Part shown: piece after piece, positions 50,086-64,000 of the stretch
Numbering within the stretch: position 1 is the stretch's first letter
Layout: each line of letters begins with the position of its first letter
Made by a program: the position numbers and the translations under genes
The notes under the pieces: generated by a model
Seen by the model: the letters and a program-made list of their open reading frames with translations, nothing else
Databases searched by the model: none
Told to the model about the DNA's origin: nothing
NCBI RefSeq assembly: GCF_009914755.1
Contig: NC_060929.1
Source: the human T2T-CHM13v2.0 reference genome, Homo sapiens
Length of the DNA: 64,000 nucleotides
Reading direction: 5' to 3' (one strand)

Positions 50086-53000
50086 TTGATTCCAAGCCTG
50101 GCTGACTTCCTGACGGTGGTGATCTCTCTCACCAGACTGAGAGCCCTCAAAAAAGATTTGCTGAGCTTCTGTCCAGGTGAGGTGCTATGCTCAACACAGG
50201 GGTCCAGGTGAGCTAGATGTACATAGTTCCTGCCTGAGGTGCCCATAGGCTGAGAATAGACGGGCAGTCTTGGCAGTGCTAACCTTGGCTGGAGGCAGAC
50301 TGACTTGTCGGTTTTTCAGAGGTAGATGCATGGCTTCTCCTATGAAGGAAAACAGTGGAAATGTACAAGAGAAATAGAAATGGAGTCTTGTTGGTAAAAC
50401 AGATTTGGAAAGGTTGAAAATGATTTCTGATTTAGTTGATTTCTGAGTTCCAGAGCCATCCTGAAATTCTGTGGTGCGGGAGATTGTTGGTAGGAAGCTG
50501 ATGAGAGCCCGCCCATGGTTAGGCTTGCCCATTTGTTACTACCCATCACTCCAGGCAAATGCCAGTTTACAGAGTGAGTGGAGTGGGGGAGGGAGGGAGG
50601 CACCATCATTACTTCAGCTTGAAAGATAGCTGAACTTTCTGGACTTTCGAGGGGGGAATTGCCAATGGAGAATGGGTTCATGTGGTTCAGGCTTCATTTG
50701 TTCCTTTATGTGAGTTTAATTTGCATGTGTTGAGGTTAAGCAGCTGGTCCGACCCCTTGGCATAAACACCTTGTTGGATGGTGAGATGGAGAGCAGCTAT
50801 AAAGGGCAGGCATGTTTACTTGCAGGACACATTTTGTGAGCAGGTTTCTTGGTGATAACGTCATTCTGAGCTGATGCCTGCCTTGCTGGTTTAATAGAAT
50901 TATGTAAAAATGAGCAGAACAGCATTCTGGACCCAGTGACAGCCCTGCATGAGGATTGGTTTAAAAACCTGCATCCTCAAGCTGCCTGACACCCAGAGCA
51001 GCTTCATTTGATGGTGGGAGAGAACATGGAGACAAAGTATAAATCACCCACCCTCAGAATGGAAAGCTGTGATCTGGAATGAGAATGCATGTTCTGCTGA
51101 TTTTCATACCAAGTTCATAAAAAGACCAATTTTCCCCCTTTCCACTTTAGCAATTATCCTGTTAAACAGTGTGCTCGAAAAGGCACAGGGAAATGACAAA
51201 TAAGAATTTGTTAGAGAAGTCCAGGCTGCTTGATTGTCTCATCTTTTGGAGCATGTTTTATTTTTGACACAAAGGAGAAATAAGGGCAATTTACACCGAC
51301 AGAAACTGCAGCCCTCTGTAGCGCAGCCCTGTGAGGTGCTTTAGCCAGTGAGCAGTTGCTCCTCCCACAGTTCATCTTTGCACAAAGGAGATGATGTAAT
51401 CCCTTTAGCTGCCGGCCACGTGGCCAGCATGCCGTCACTGTCTTGACGATACCTCTAAGCCACCTCTGCGCTGCCAGCAGTTTATCGGCTCAGAGCGACT
51501 GTGCGTTTGTAATTAAATTGCGTTTTCCTTGCATGCCTGCTCCCCCTGGCCAGGGCTGTCCCTCACCTGGGTAGGCCTGTTAATGAGGGTAGTGTGTGGC
51601 TGGCTTTACAGCTGAACTGCAGTGGGAGCTTTTATGCAGAAAAATGACCAGAGTAGCCTCTTGTACAGCGCTATGGAGCCTCTCCGTATGCCCACAAATT
51701 AGCACTAGGGGAGGAGATGCTCTGTTGCCATTAGTAACCGCTTGCCTATTTATTAGGGGAGTAAAAAGCTCAAAGCTTGGGCTTTTCCCTCCCTTGCCCT
51801 GCTTTCCCATGAGTTCTGAGAGCACCCGAGCCTGTACACTCGAGAGGGATGGAGAGGCTGTACTGTGTTCAGCTGTGTGTACATAGAAGCACATCCTTTT
51901 CAAGGAAAACTGAATCCTCCTATGGTGCTGTTTTTTGGTTGTGCCTTTCTCCGTGGTCACCATTGCATCCTGTTTGATTGAGGGCAGTTTGATTTAATAG
52001 CTGCCATGAATTGTGCCCAGATTTGCTCAGGTGAATTAAACACTTTACACGCATTTTCTCACTGAATTCTCCAGCAGCCTTTTGAAATACATGGCTTAAC
52101 AGAGGAGGAAGCTGCGGCCAGGAGAGGTGAAATGATTTGCTCAGGCCCTTCCATGTCAGAAAAGGGAACACACAGAAGACAGAGGAGGGGGCGAGGGGAA
52201 CCCTTTGAATTTGATCCCCATTATTTTTTTCTTTAAAGAAAACATGAGATTTGGGGTAGGGGGTGTGAGCCCTCAGCCACTGAGGCTTGATGAGGCCAGG
52301 ACAGCTTTCTGCTCTTGGTCCTGGCTTTCTTGGGGTTGGTATTATGGTGATCAGGTGCTACTACATGTCAGATACAAGAAGTTACAAGGTTTCCTTGATT
52401 TCATAGTTGATGATTTTAAAAGTGAAACTGTCTTGATTGTATTAGTAGAACCTCTTAGGAACACAATGGAATGGCCCAGGCTTCTGGCCCTATGCCTCTA
52501 GGGACTCTCAGTTAAACTGTGTCCCTACTGATTTTGATCAGCACTCACGGGCAGCACGTAACCTGACAGAGCCTAACTCCTGTATAATTAAAAATCATGG
52601 CACCCAAATCCGAGATTCTTAAACTACCATGGTCTTTGGAGAATTTGGAGATGGAGTGAACTGGAGATGGCAAGGAACACTTGTTGGTGCTGCCGTCTTG
52701 GCGCTGGGCCTGTGCATCTGTTCCTCCCTCTCCACAGCCACCTGCAGCCTTGGGGCACCAGAGGCTGGGCAGCCTCTTTGAAAAGGCCCCTCTTTCTCCC
52801 TCTGGACAGCATAGGCTCCTCACTGACTGGGTGCAGGGGGAGAAGAGGTGGGGCGTCTTTTCGTTTATTGAGCCTTCACCCTTGCTCACCTCGAAGCTAC
52901 CCTGGGAGGTGGGAACAATTGGGGCCTTGAATTCACCTGCAGAGGGAAGGTGTGAGGATGGGGGTGGCCTAAGTAACAGATGAAGCAGGTGTCAACAGAA

Positions 53001-54543
53001 GCCATGGGATCAGGAACAGATTATTTGAGAAAGACTGCATCTGTTTTCTCTCTACAACCTGAGAGGAGGCTGAGGTAGAGGTGACTGGATGTGACTACAT
53101 TTGACCAACTTTTGAAATGACAGCAGAGCCTTACCAGATGGTTTTGAAAGAGGCAACTTAAAAAAAAAAAAAAAAAGCCCTTCCCAAGCTGTGGTACCTC
53201 CTTAACCAGATGCTGTAAAATATGACATTGAAACAATCAGTTTGGCTTTGTTTATACTTGTTTACAGAAGGAAAAGGTTACTTTCTTACTGTAAACTCAC
53301 TCCTGGCAATTTTGTGCCTTGTTCAAGATTTTGTCTCATTAAAAATTAAGCATCTTTTATGTAAGACTCTTTGCAGAGACTTCAGTATGTCAAGGCCTTT
53401 GCTTTACGTGCCATGTCTGTTGATAGATCCAGTTGCTTTTCCTTCCTGATAATTCTACATCGATTCCTTGCTCACTCTCTATCCAGCTGTGGCCTCACCG
53501 AGCACCTGGCCACCATACTAGACTTCCTGCCTGCAGGCTTGCCACCTTCTTGGTGATTTTCAGGGTAGCTGCTCAACCACGTTTACTGTTAGGTGCCCAC
53601 TGAGAGGCAGCCCTTGTAACTGGCCTGCCACAGGATGTCAGAGTGGCAGGAATGCCCCAGCAGGTTGAACTCACATTCTACAACAGGTCTTACCTGGATC
53701 CCCGAGGGACTTCATCTGTGTCCTTTTTAAATGGTACCTGTGCTTTCTGTTGCTGCTTCTCATAAAAAGAACAAAAGATTGCAGGAGAGCCCAGGAAACA
53801 ATTAAAACCATCCCTGAGACATCTCCTTTCAAACTGACCTTTCTAGATCCGAATTACTCCCTTTAAATGGGGTTACTTGTATATAAACCAGGAATACAGA
53901 TTTTTATTTTTAAACCAGAGGGCATCATCCCTCTGAGGCAGCCTGGCCCCGAGCCTTCTGCAGCTCACTCCAGGAGAGAGGGACGAGGTTGTGCAGCCTT
54001 CCTGCCTCCCTAGGTGCCATTCATTGAGGGAGAGGTTGAGGGGAGTGGAAGCAGGCAAACCATGGGGGAGCTGACCCCAGGGCACACCCAGCAAGACTGG
54101 CTTGTATACTTGGGGCTCCTGGACTGCAGTACCGCCATGCACACTGCTATCATTTCGCCTCACTGGGGCAGCCTGGCCCCAAAATTACAATTAGCCATTC
54201 ATTTAACCAGGGAAATACCTTCTGTGTCAGCACAGTTTTTAGCCACTGATGCAAGTGACTCTGATCATATCACTGTTACTCCAGCAGTAGTCAAGACAAA
54301 CTCTGCTCAAGAAAAGGAAATGCTGATTTCAAAGAGGACAGGAGCGCTGCACTTGCCACATGCACCACGGTCTTCTGGGTATGGGAAGAAAATAGAAAAA
54401 TCTTTTAAGAAATACTTATTTATGGCTTATTTTTAAATGCCTATTTAGGGGTATGTGTCACTGCATACATACTTTACTAGTACAGAATAGTACGTGTGTA
54501 ATTTAGGATTGAAGGTATGTAGTGAAATTCTTTAGTGATAGGA

Positions 54544-54833
54544 TTTTATTTATGTATTTATTTTTGAGACATCTCTCGCCCTGTCACCCAGGTTGGAGTG
54601 CAGTGGCATGATCTTGGTGCGCTGCACCCTCTGCCTCCTGGGCTCAAGTGATCCTCCTGCCTCAGCCTGAGTAGCTGGGACCACAGGTCCCGGCTGATTT
54701 CTTTTTTTTTGTGGAGACAGGGTTTCGCCATGCTGCCCAGGCTGGTCTTGAACTCCTGAGCTCAGGTGATCTGCCCGCCTTGGCCTCTCAGAGTGCTGGG
54801 ATTGATTACGGGCATGAACTCCCGCACCTGGCC
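54544..54833 (-). mobile_element. Alu (AluJ-like), antisense
   Basis: Reverse dimer with small internal deletions, ending CCGCACCTGGCC. Confidence 0.9.
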
Positions 54834-54879
54834 AGTGCTGGGATTCTTGATCAAAAGTGTTTGAAGACTATGCCCTTAA

Positions 54880-55869
<990 letters not shown>

Positions 55870-56729
55870 TAGCATAAGTGGGTTATTGTATATGAAATAG
55901 GCTTTGGTGGGCTCCTCTCGGACCCTCATAGCAACCTGTAGCATTATTTCTACGGGAAAATATATTTTTTAAATTGAGAAACAGCAGTCTTCTTAACAAA
56001 GTTTTGGAACCCAGACCACTTGGAGGTTGGAGACTGAGTTTATGGGCAGGTCTCCCCAGCAGTTCCTTTTTGGCACTTACTTGTAGGGAATCTTAAATGG
56101 GAGGAACTATTAGAGGAATTCAGTTGAGACATAAATAGAAAGGGAAACAATGGGGTATCCTGTTCTTTTAGTCTCACACTTTTAAAGCAAAATATGAAAA
56201 TCTAGTTTATTGTTTTATTGGTTCAGAGAGTTTAGAATCCAAAATTGATTTCAGATTAATCTCTTGTCCACTAATATGCCTGTTTCTGTATTCTTCAACT
56301 CATTTGGTAAAAGGTAGCAGCAAATGGTTGCATCCTTAAATACATAGACTGGTCTGACGGACAATACAAGCTTTAAAGAGGATGTGGAATACAACCCTTT
56401 GGGAAAACAGTTTGATATTAATTCATAAACTTGGGAAAGTGCGTAAACGGTAAGCCAGCCATTTAACCCTGACATATCTCTAGGCGTAGAGATCCACTGG
56501 CCTTGGGTTCTCGGGTAGTGGATGGGGCTGTTCATGGCAGCATTATTTGTAATAGCAAAAATGAGAGACAAAACAAATGTTCACTTACAAGATTGCCAAA
56601 ATAAGTTCAAGTTGTAGTCATCAAATGGAACACTATGCAACAGTGAAAGTGTATTAAATAAAACTCAGCACGCACATCAATGTAGATGAGTCATGCAAAC
56701 TGGAGGCAAGTCACGGGAGAACGCAAGTA

Positions 56730-57080
56730 CAGTTCCAGCGTCCCTCCTCTGAAATGCTGGGCACCAGAAGTGTTTTGGATTTCAGATATTTTTGGATTTT
56801 GGAATATTTGCATATACAAAATGAGACATCTCGAGGATGAGACTCAAGACCAAACACAGAATTCATTTGTGTTTTGTATATACCTTATACACATAACCTG
56901 AAGGTAATTTTATACAATATTTTAAATAATTTTGTACATAAAGTTTTGATGTGCTTTGATTGAGACCTGTCACATTAGGTCAGGTGTGGAATTTTCCACT
57001 TGTGGTAGAGTCATGTTGGTGTTCAAAGACTTTAGGAATTTGGAGCATTTCTGATTTTCTGATTAGAGGTGTTCAGCCTG
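56730..57080 (+). mobile_element. Tigger4b (MER46B)-like MITE
   Basis: TA|CAG...TCTGAAATGCTGGGCACCAGAAGTGTTTTGGATTTC...GGTCAGGTGTGGAATTTTCCACTTGTGG...TTCAGCCTG|TA. Confidence 0.82.
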
Positions 57081-57194
57081 TAGCATGATTGCATTTATAT
57101 AAAGCTCAAAAATAAGCAACACAGCAATATATTGTATACTAATAGGTTAGGTTTGTAAATGGCAAAACTGTAAAGAAAAATAAGGACTGAATGA

Positions 57195-57599
57195 CATACT
57201 AGTCTGTTCTTTTGTTGCTATAAAGAAATATTGGAGACTGTGTAATTTATAAGGAAAAGAGGTTTATTTTGGCTCATTGTTCTGCAGGCTGTGTAGGAAG
57301 CACTGTGCCAGGATCTGCTTTTGGTGAGGGCCTCAGGAAGCTTCCACTTGTGGCTGAAGGTGAAGGGGGAACTAGTGTCTCACATGGTGAAAGAGAAGAG
57401 AGAGAAGTGGGAGGTGCTACTCTCTTTGAAACAACCAGGTTTCACATGAACCAAGTGAGAACTCACAAAGACAGCACCAAGACATTCATGAGGGATCCAC
57501 CCCCATGACTCAAACACCTCCCACCACGCCCCACCTCCAGCATGGGAGGTCACATTTCAACACGAGATTTGGAGGGAACAAAACATCCAAACTATATCA
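57195..57599 (-). mobile_element. MST (MSTB-like) MaLR solo LTR
   Basis: TAATTTATAAGGAAAAGAGGTTTA...GGTGAGGGCCTCAGGAAGCTT...AAACATCCAAACTATATCA. TSD AATGA / AATGG. Confidence 0.88.
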
Positions 57600-60500
57600 A
57601 ATGGTTATGCAGAAAGTCCGCATAGTGGTTACGTCTAGAGCCAGGGAGGTGTGTGCAATCAGGGAGGGGCGTGGGGAAGGCTTCTAGGGGAGTGTCAGTG
57701 TTCTGGTTCTTAAACCGGATAGTGGTTTCAAACATATGTAATAAATATACACACCTTCTTACAGGTCACATCAATTCTCTTCCAAGTCTGGGGACTATTT
57801 TGCTGAGACTTTCATTTTAGTAGCTGAAAGAATTAGAAGGATTGATTAAAAAGCCTTTTTGTTTTACCATAAAGTGAGTAATTGAATATTTAAAACCACC
57901 AGGCCCCTTAGAAGTTATTTACTATAATGGCAACTGCCCGTCCTCCTCCTGTTTGGAGGTTTTGAAGGTGTTACAGTGTTTTGGTCGCAGAGTTGACTGA
58001 TGATATCGTACTGTGAGCTTTCACAAAACCATCTGGCCTGGCTTTTGCAAGAATAAAGAAGGAAAACTTAGTGTGGCTTTTCATTACTTTAAACAAATGA
58101 GTTCAGCCTTTAGCATAGTGGGCCAAGGGTGTGGCACCAAGGGCAGTGTGTGTACAAAGGCTGGCATCTTTGTCTGTGTGTCCAGTCACTGTTCCCTGTG
58201 GTGTTTGCCTCTGTGCCAAAGTAGAGTGGGAAGATCCTGTTTATTTTTGATTATCTGTTAAAATGAGAGATGTTTGCCTATTGAAAAGGGAGCCCAAAGG
58301 TGGAAGCCGAAGATGGGAGGAGAATGAGGTCTGTCTGTGCCTCTGGCGACCTCCTGCTGTCCAGTCGCGGCTTTCCGCCCTCTTGCCCTCTGGACACCAG
58401 ACAGGCTCCTGCAGGCACCTCCACCAGATCCAGGGGCCACTAGCAAGGGTGAGGCCGCAGCTGCAAAGCGTTGTGATAGCATTCACTCTCACCTGTCCCA
58501 CCTCCATCCTTTAAGGGAGACACGGAATTCTTAGCACAAGTAACAAGATGCAGAAAGATAGACAGGTTAATCGAAGCTTTTGTTGTCACCATTTGGGAGA
58601 GAGGTAGTTAGTAGTCTCTTCCAGGAAAAAAAAAAAATTTTGCTCACGTGGTTTTTTTGGCTCATGTGTTTCCATTTCTGGTTGTATTCTGGCTGGCCCT
58701 TTTCACAGCCAGGAGCAAGGCTGAGCAGGACCCTGAGAGTGCTCAGGTGCTTGTGGGGTGGGGAAGGGGGACAGACGGGGCGTGGGAAAGATCTTCCCGA
58801 GTGGCTTGACTTTCCCATTGCCTTATAGTTCCTTAAATTATTTATAGTCCACCTGGGAGAAGTTATGGAGAAATTATTTATAGTCAGGTTAATTTACTAT
58901 GATTGTGTGGATTTTTAAAAATATGTCTATTTGTTAGTGGCTTTTTAACAATAATTACATGTCTCAGTCTGTTCTTTTAGTTTTAAGTAAAGATGTCTGT
59001 CTTAACAGAATACAATAATTTTACGTAAATGGGCAAAAATTCCCAAAATTCAGTTATTTAAAGCACTTACCAAACTTGTACAGCTAAGTTTCAGATATTA
59101 ATACTTTAATACTGTTACAACTGCTACTGTTAGCATTTGTTAGTGAGTTCTGTGAGCTGTGATTCTCAGGCTGTCCATTTCACAGACGAGGAAGCGAAGC
59201 TTTGGAGAGACTAGGTAACTGCCCACAGTCACCCCCCCTGGGAGGTGGCAAGCCCAGGCTCCTAACTAGACACCTAAGTAACTGTTGACACAAAATTTCG
59301 TTTTGAGTTGTGGCACCATTGTGGTTTGCAGCCGATGTACTTAACACTTGTAATGCTAGTGAAGTGCAGCTTTGCCTGTCCCCACAGCGAGCGTGCTCCT
59401 GAATCCTCTCCACACCTCATCCCCATGTGTGTAGCTCCCTTTTAAGGTGGCTGCTTGTAACCCTGTGTCATTTCCTCTGCTGGATCCCAGCTCCTGGGGC
59501 AGCAGGCACCCTGAGGTCTCCCTGCAGGGTACTGGAATGATGCTGTAGGTGCAGAGAGTTGGCCGGTGAGGGAGTGCCACACACCTTATTTAAATGTCCT
59601 TACTGCACTGCCGTTTTTATTACTATACTAAGTTTAATTTGGAAAACGATGTTCCCTGTGCTTTTTAGTAGATAAGATACTGAGATGTCCTGTCAGGAGT
59701 GTAGCAATTAGGAGACTGGAAAAAGGAAAACAGATTCCCCAGCCTACAAGACGTTCAGCTTTGCAGAGTCTTTTAGGATCTTACCCCACTCAGATTGGGC
59801 ACTGCAGGGCAGGTGTCTAAAGATATGAAACTGCGGAAGAGCTTCGTCTGCCTCTCACCTTCTACCTCCCCAGTATTTATTGAGGGCCGCCCAGTAGCAA
59901 GCAGGAGGAGGCCCTGTGGCCCCAGTACCAGCCCAGTTGCCTCTAGCCATCCCAGCCTCCTGCTCCACAGCAGTGGCCCAGGGGGATAATGAGTGAGATG
60001 GTCACACAGTTGGAGCTGCTTCTGTGGGAACTTTTTGTGATCACTGGATTAGCTGTGCCGTGTCATTTCAAGACAGTGGAAGCAGATGAGGGCTGCAGTC
60101 CTGCTGGGTGGTGGGCTGCAGGGCACTGATGCGCAGTCCTCTGAGCCTGTGCTGCCTTCGAGTTCCTAAGTACCAACCTCCCCTGAGGTAATCCAAGGGA
60201 GGAGACGCCACCAGGCCACAAGTGAGCTGGTCGTTTCCTCAAGCTCACTTGCGTCTCCAAGCAGTGATTTCCTTCTGAGGCTTCCCTCTGCCGGGTCCTG
60301 GAGGGTCCTCACGCCTCCAGCGGTCACTTTCGGTTTTAGTGTGTGTGTTTGCATCGTTCTGTTGATCAGTGAATGTGTTTGAATATGTATACAGATGCCA
60401 AGAGAGAGGTGAGTCCATCACAGCAAATCTGTTTCTGTGTCAAAATTTGTTTTCCCATCAGTATATTTAAATTATTTGGCTTAATAAACACATTTTTAAC

Positions 60501-63500
60501 CAGAATGAAAAAAAACCAAAAACCCACCACTCACCTTTTGTCTGTATGCAGAAGGTAATTTGAGGGGAAAGGGGTAGGAGGAGAAGAATTGAAATGAATT
60601 TCTCTTTTCTCTTTGTTTTCTGCGTTAGCAGATGCATTACTTTTCTCAACCCTCTTTGTAATTTCTTAAATTTCTCATTAGCAATTCAGTAGGAGGGTAA
60701 ATAATAGGGGCCTATCTACCAGAATTCTTTTTCTGCTTGAGAAAAGAGGGTGTAGGGCAGGACAGCAGCACCTGAGTCAATATGAGCAAAAGCCAGTGGT
60801 TGCCAGCATCAGTATAATCCTGAGACAGTTGGACAGGTATGGCCTCTGGGTTAACATACTTGTTGAGCAGTCAAATCTTTTTACAACAAATAGAAGGATC
60901 TGGAAGAAAACTTCCAAATTAACTGTAGATTGCATGCTGAATTCAGCCTAAAAACAAGTTACAAAGTGCCAGGTTTTTTGTTTTTTTTTTGAGTTGTCAT
61001 AATAGTAACAGGATTGCTCTTACGGGGGTTCTTAGACTGCTACAAGGCTGTCTGGCCTCTGCAGGTCAATAAACATCTAAAGAGCAGGACTTGGCTGGCC
61101 TCTGATCGGATGAATCCTCAGAGCATCAGATGTATTGCAAATTACATTCAGAGAAGAAGGAACAAAGCTGTCAAAGCAAAGTAGATTAACTGAAGTAACT
61201 TAGGCAAGGCAGTTTATATGTGAGCTATAATATGGGTTTCTAATATTAGAACATCACAGTATTAATCTTTGAACATGTTACTTACGTTATTATTCACTAA
61301 TGGGCTTTGTGTTTCTAATCTCCACAGCAAGCGTTTCCAACCCTTTCAGAATGGTCTGGAACACCTTTTTTATGTTAAGGACTTATTTTTAGTGTCAGCG
61401 ATAGATACAGCATTTCAATGAAAAGTAACACTTTTAAATGGATTTGTCTAATTAATAATAACAGTATCTATATCTCTTTACACATAACAGTGTGTTTTGG
61501 AAGACATATTTGTCAGCTCTTACTGTTTACACAGTTAAGGCTACGGTTAGTGTAATGTGTGTTTTATTTTGTTTTAGAGTATAAGCTTCTTAAAATCAGG
61601 AACATGCCATTTAGGGGAAAAATCTCTGGGGTTTAAGAGAGTACCATGCATAAATATGTATTTTATGAATGCCAAGCGATTAAACACAATTCTAAGCTTT
61701 ATCAAGGGACTGACTGGCAGAAAGTTTTGCCAAATTCTTTGATGTTATTAAAGATTTATTTTTGTACTGAGTTTCATGTTAGAATCAAATCCATGCTTAC
61801 TGAAGTGGAAATAACTTTTCAAACCTTCAGTTAAAAATTCTGATGTTTGTTTGTGGCATTTACTTTATATTCTATATTAATAGGAGTAAATGAATTAATG
61901 GGATTTTTGCAGTGGGCATGGACCTAAAGTATCTTAACGTTGTGGAGTACATTAGGGAAACTTTGGTATTTTAAATGTGTAATTTAGTAACTCTGAATAC
62001 TGTATTTTAAATTCAACATAATTACAGGTCACTCAGATTAATTGATAGCTTGTTCAGACACTCAGCTTTGGTGTATGTTTTCCCCAGGGCTGGAAAATGA
62101 ATCAACACAGAATACTGGAGTAGAGGGGATTGGTAGGCATTTGTTGGTGAGCAAGGCCCCTGGATGAGGATTGTGGCTTCAGTGACTAGTACCTGCACCT
62201 ACCCCCTCCTTAAACCCTTTTTTGTTTATCTGTGGAGGAAACATTCATTCAGAATCAGAACCTTTGAGTTTTAGGGCCGGCAGGAGGTAAGGCTGGGGTA
62301 GAGGCTACTCATGTGGAGATAAGCTAGAATAAGCCAAATTTTAAACCCAAATCGTGGTTCAGTGCTGGGAATTCAGTTCCTTTTTCTTCTGGAAATGTAT
62401 AGACTGTCTGGAACGCTTTGGCTTGGCCTACCTGTTGTATAGTGTTTGTTGTGTACCCTTCGTACTCACAGTGAGTCCCAGGCAGGATTTCGTGGGTAAA
62501 GTAGTACAGATGTTCTGAGGAGTTACAGTTTGTGCTGGGAGGCCTCACAGAGGCTTAACTTGTGTTCAGTTAATGTGGCAGCAAATGGAGTCACGTGAGC
62601 CCTCAGTAGGCTGCCTCCAGCCAGCCTTATGAGGCTGAGGGACCTGAGACAGCAGTGTGGGCTAACATTCAGAAGAACAAAGGCGGATGCTCAGCTTTGA
62701 GGTGTGTAGAGTTGACTTGGCTTGCTGCTTCCATCATGCTTGGTCTGTTTACAAAATCTCATAATGAAAACATTTCAGTGTCACGTTAAATTCTTGGGGG
62801 AAAAGCCCACTGACTGCAGAGAAGCAGAGCTGTGAGGCTCTGTGTTTCCTGCTTAGACACCACTTCCCTGAAGGCTTGCGTTTCCTTTGGTTGTGGAGGT
62901 GCTGGAACGACAAGCCTCCCAGTTCACTTCTTCCAAAGCAGAGTCTCCTCTTTCCATCAGAGAAGATTGGTTTGTTTCTTTGGTTTGGGCAGATAACTTC
63001 TAAATTACGTTGTAAAAACTTAAGGTAAAAACCCTTTTCTCCTTTAAAATATAGATTGATTATATGTAAATGTGATTTTATGTACTAATCAGTCACCAAA
63101 TATACTAGACAGAGAATGAATGGAGTCACTTTAGCTTTTCAAAGGAGTTTTTATAGCCAGTTGCATGCGTTGGAGCTGTCGCTATTGCTCTGTGCCTAGA
63201 TGGATACTCTGCCCAGAACTGCGAATTGTAGAGTACCACGTGTTTGCTATCTTGAGGTTTAACTAGCTGGGTGTTAAGTTCATGCTCTGCGCCATGGCAG
63301 TCTGCTCAGTGAGACTGCCATGCAGTGGGACTCAGCATAGCCCCTTTCCTTTAGGAGCCCAGCTGCTAATAGGAACACCGAGAAGTCTTTTGATATTTCC
63401 CCTGCAGTGCGATAAGGATTTGGGGTGTTGTGGGAGTGCATCTTGGCGGTGTCTAGTTGAGCAGTGGGGACTCCAGACTGGGGGCAGGTGAAGAAGAGGT

Positions 63501-63559
63501 GTGTGTTGGGGGCGGGGAGGGGAAGGCATGTGTATGGAGGTACAGTGGTGAGGGGGAGG

Positions 63560-63990
63560 TGTGGCTTCCCTGCAGGTAATTGCAGTTCCTGGAGTGAGCC
63601 TGGGGAGATGGTAATGGTGAACCAATGAGGTTGTGGAGGCAGCATACATCAGATCATGAGGGACTGTAGTTGCGGGCACCAAGAAACCATTGAAGAATTT
63701 TAGGGGAGTAAAATGATGAGATATTTGTTTGAGAAACATGCTAGGGAGAGTGGCAGAATGCATTCGAGGGAATTAAGAACATCTATTAGGAGATCGCTGG
63801 AATAGCACATGAGGGCAATGCTGGCAGAGACAGGGGTGCTTCATGGGACTGTGGAGTCCCTACAACTCCTTGTTTCATGGAGGTAGGGGATGGGAGAGAG
63901 GATGGAGGGCAGGGAGAAGCCTGGTTCCTGGTTTGGCCACGAGGTCGATGGTTTATGAGGCAGGTACTGTTCTGGGACCTACACTGTGGG
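63560..63990 (-). mobile_element. L2 LINE remnant
   Basis: Purine-rich AGATCATGAGGG...CCATTGAAGAATTTTAGG...ATGAGATATTTGTTTGAGAAA...CTATTAGGAG, typical of antisense L2. Confidence 0.55.
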
Positions 63991-64000
63991 GAGCAGGTTT

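Larger units (their letters stand above)
56380..57745 (+). mobile_element. Old L1ME-like 3' region interrupted by Tigger4b and an MST LTR
   Basis: CCTTTGGGAAAACAGTTTG, TGTTCATGGCAGCATTATTTGTAATAGCAAAA, ATGGAACACTATGCAACAGTGAAA, CATTTATATAAAGCTCAAAA, TAGTGGTTAC. Confidence 0.7.

Overview
Primate, most likely human, non-coding genomic DNA. It carries AluS/AluJ/FLAM, L1PA, THE1, MST, MER57, Tigger, Charlie, MIR and L2 repeats. I found no convincing protein-coding exon, RNA gene, CpG island or CRISPR array. The ORF track is explained by chance ORFs, repeat read-through and decayed Tigger1 transposase fragments. The + strand looks T/G-rich by eye, and the best splice-like signals I noticed are on +, so the window most plausibly lies inside one very long intron of a + strand gene. 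I could not identify that gene. I see no new biological system. The most notable observations are small: (1) a 56-bp templated copy of nearby unique DNA inserted into a THE1 LTR; (2) a candidate recursive splice site (polypyrimidine-CAG|GTAAGA); (3) a composite (CA)n minisatellite formed from an Alu linker; (4) candidate cryptic or micro-exons; (5) hairpins and inverted repeats; (6) a template-switch cluster at a MER58A end; (7) an Alu with a G-rich instead of A-rich tail. Repeat subfamily names come from remembered consensus sequences, and boundaries of old repeats are approximate.
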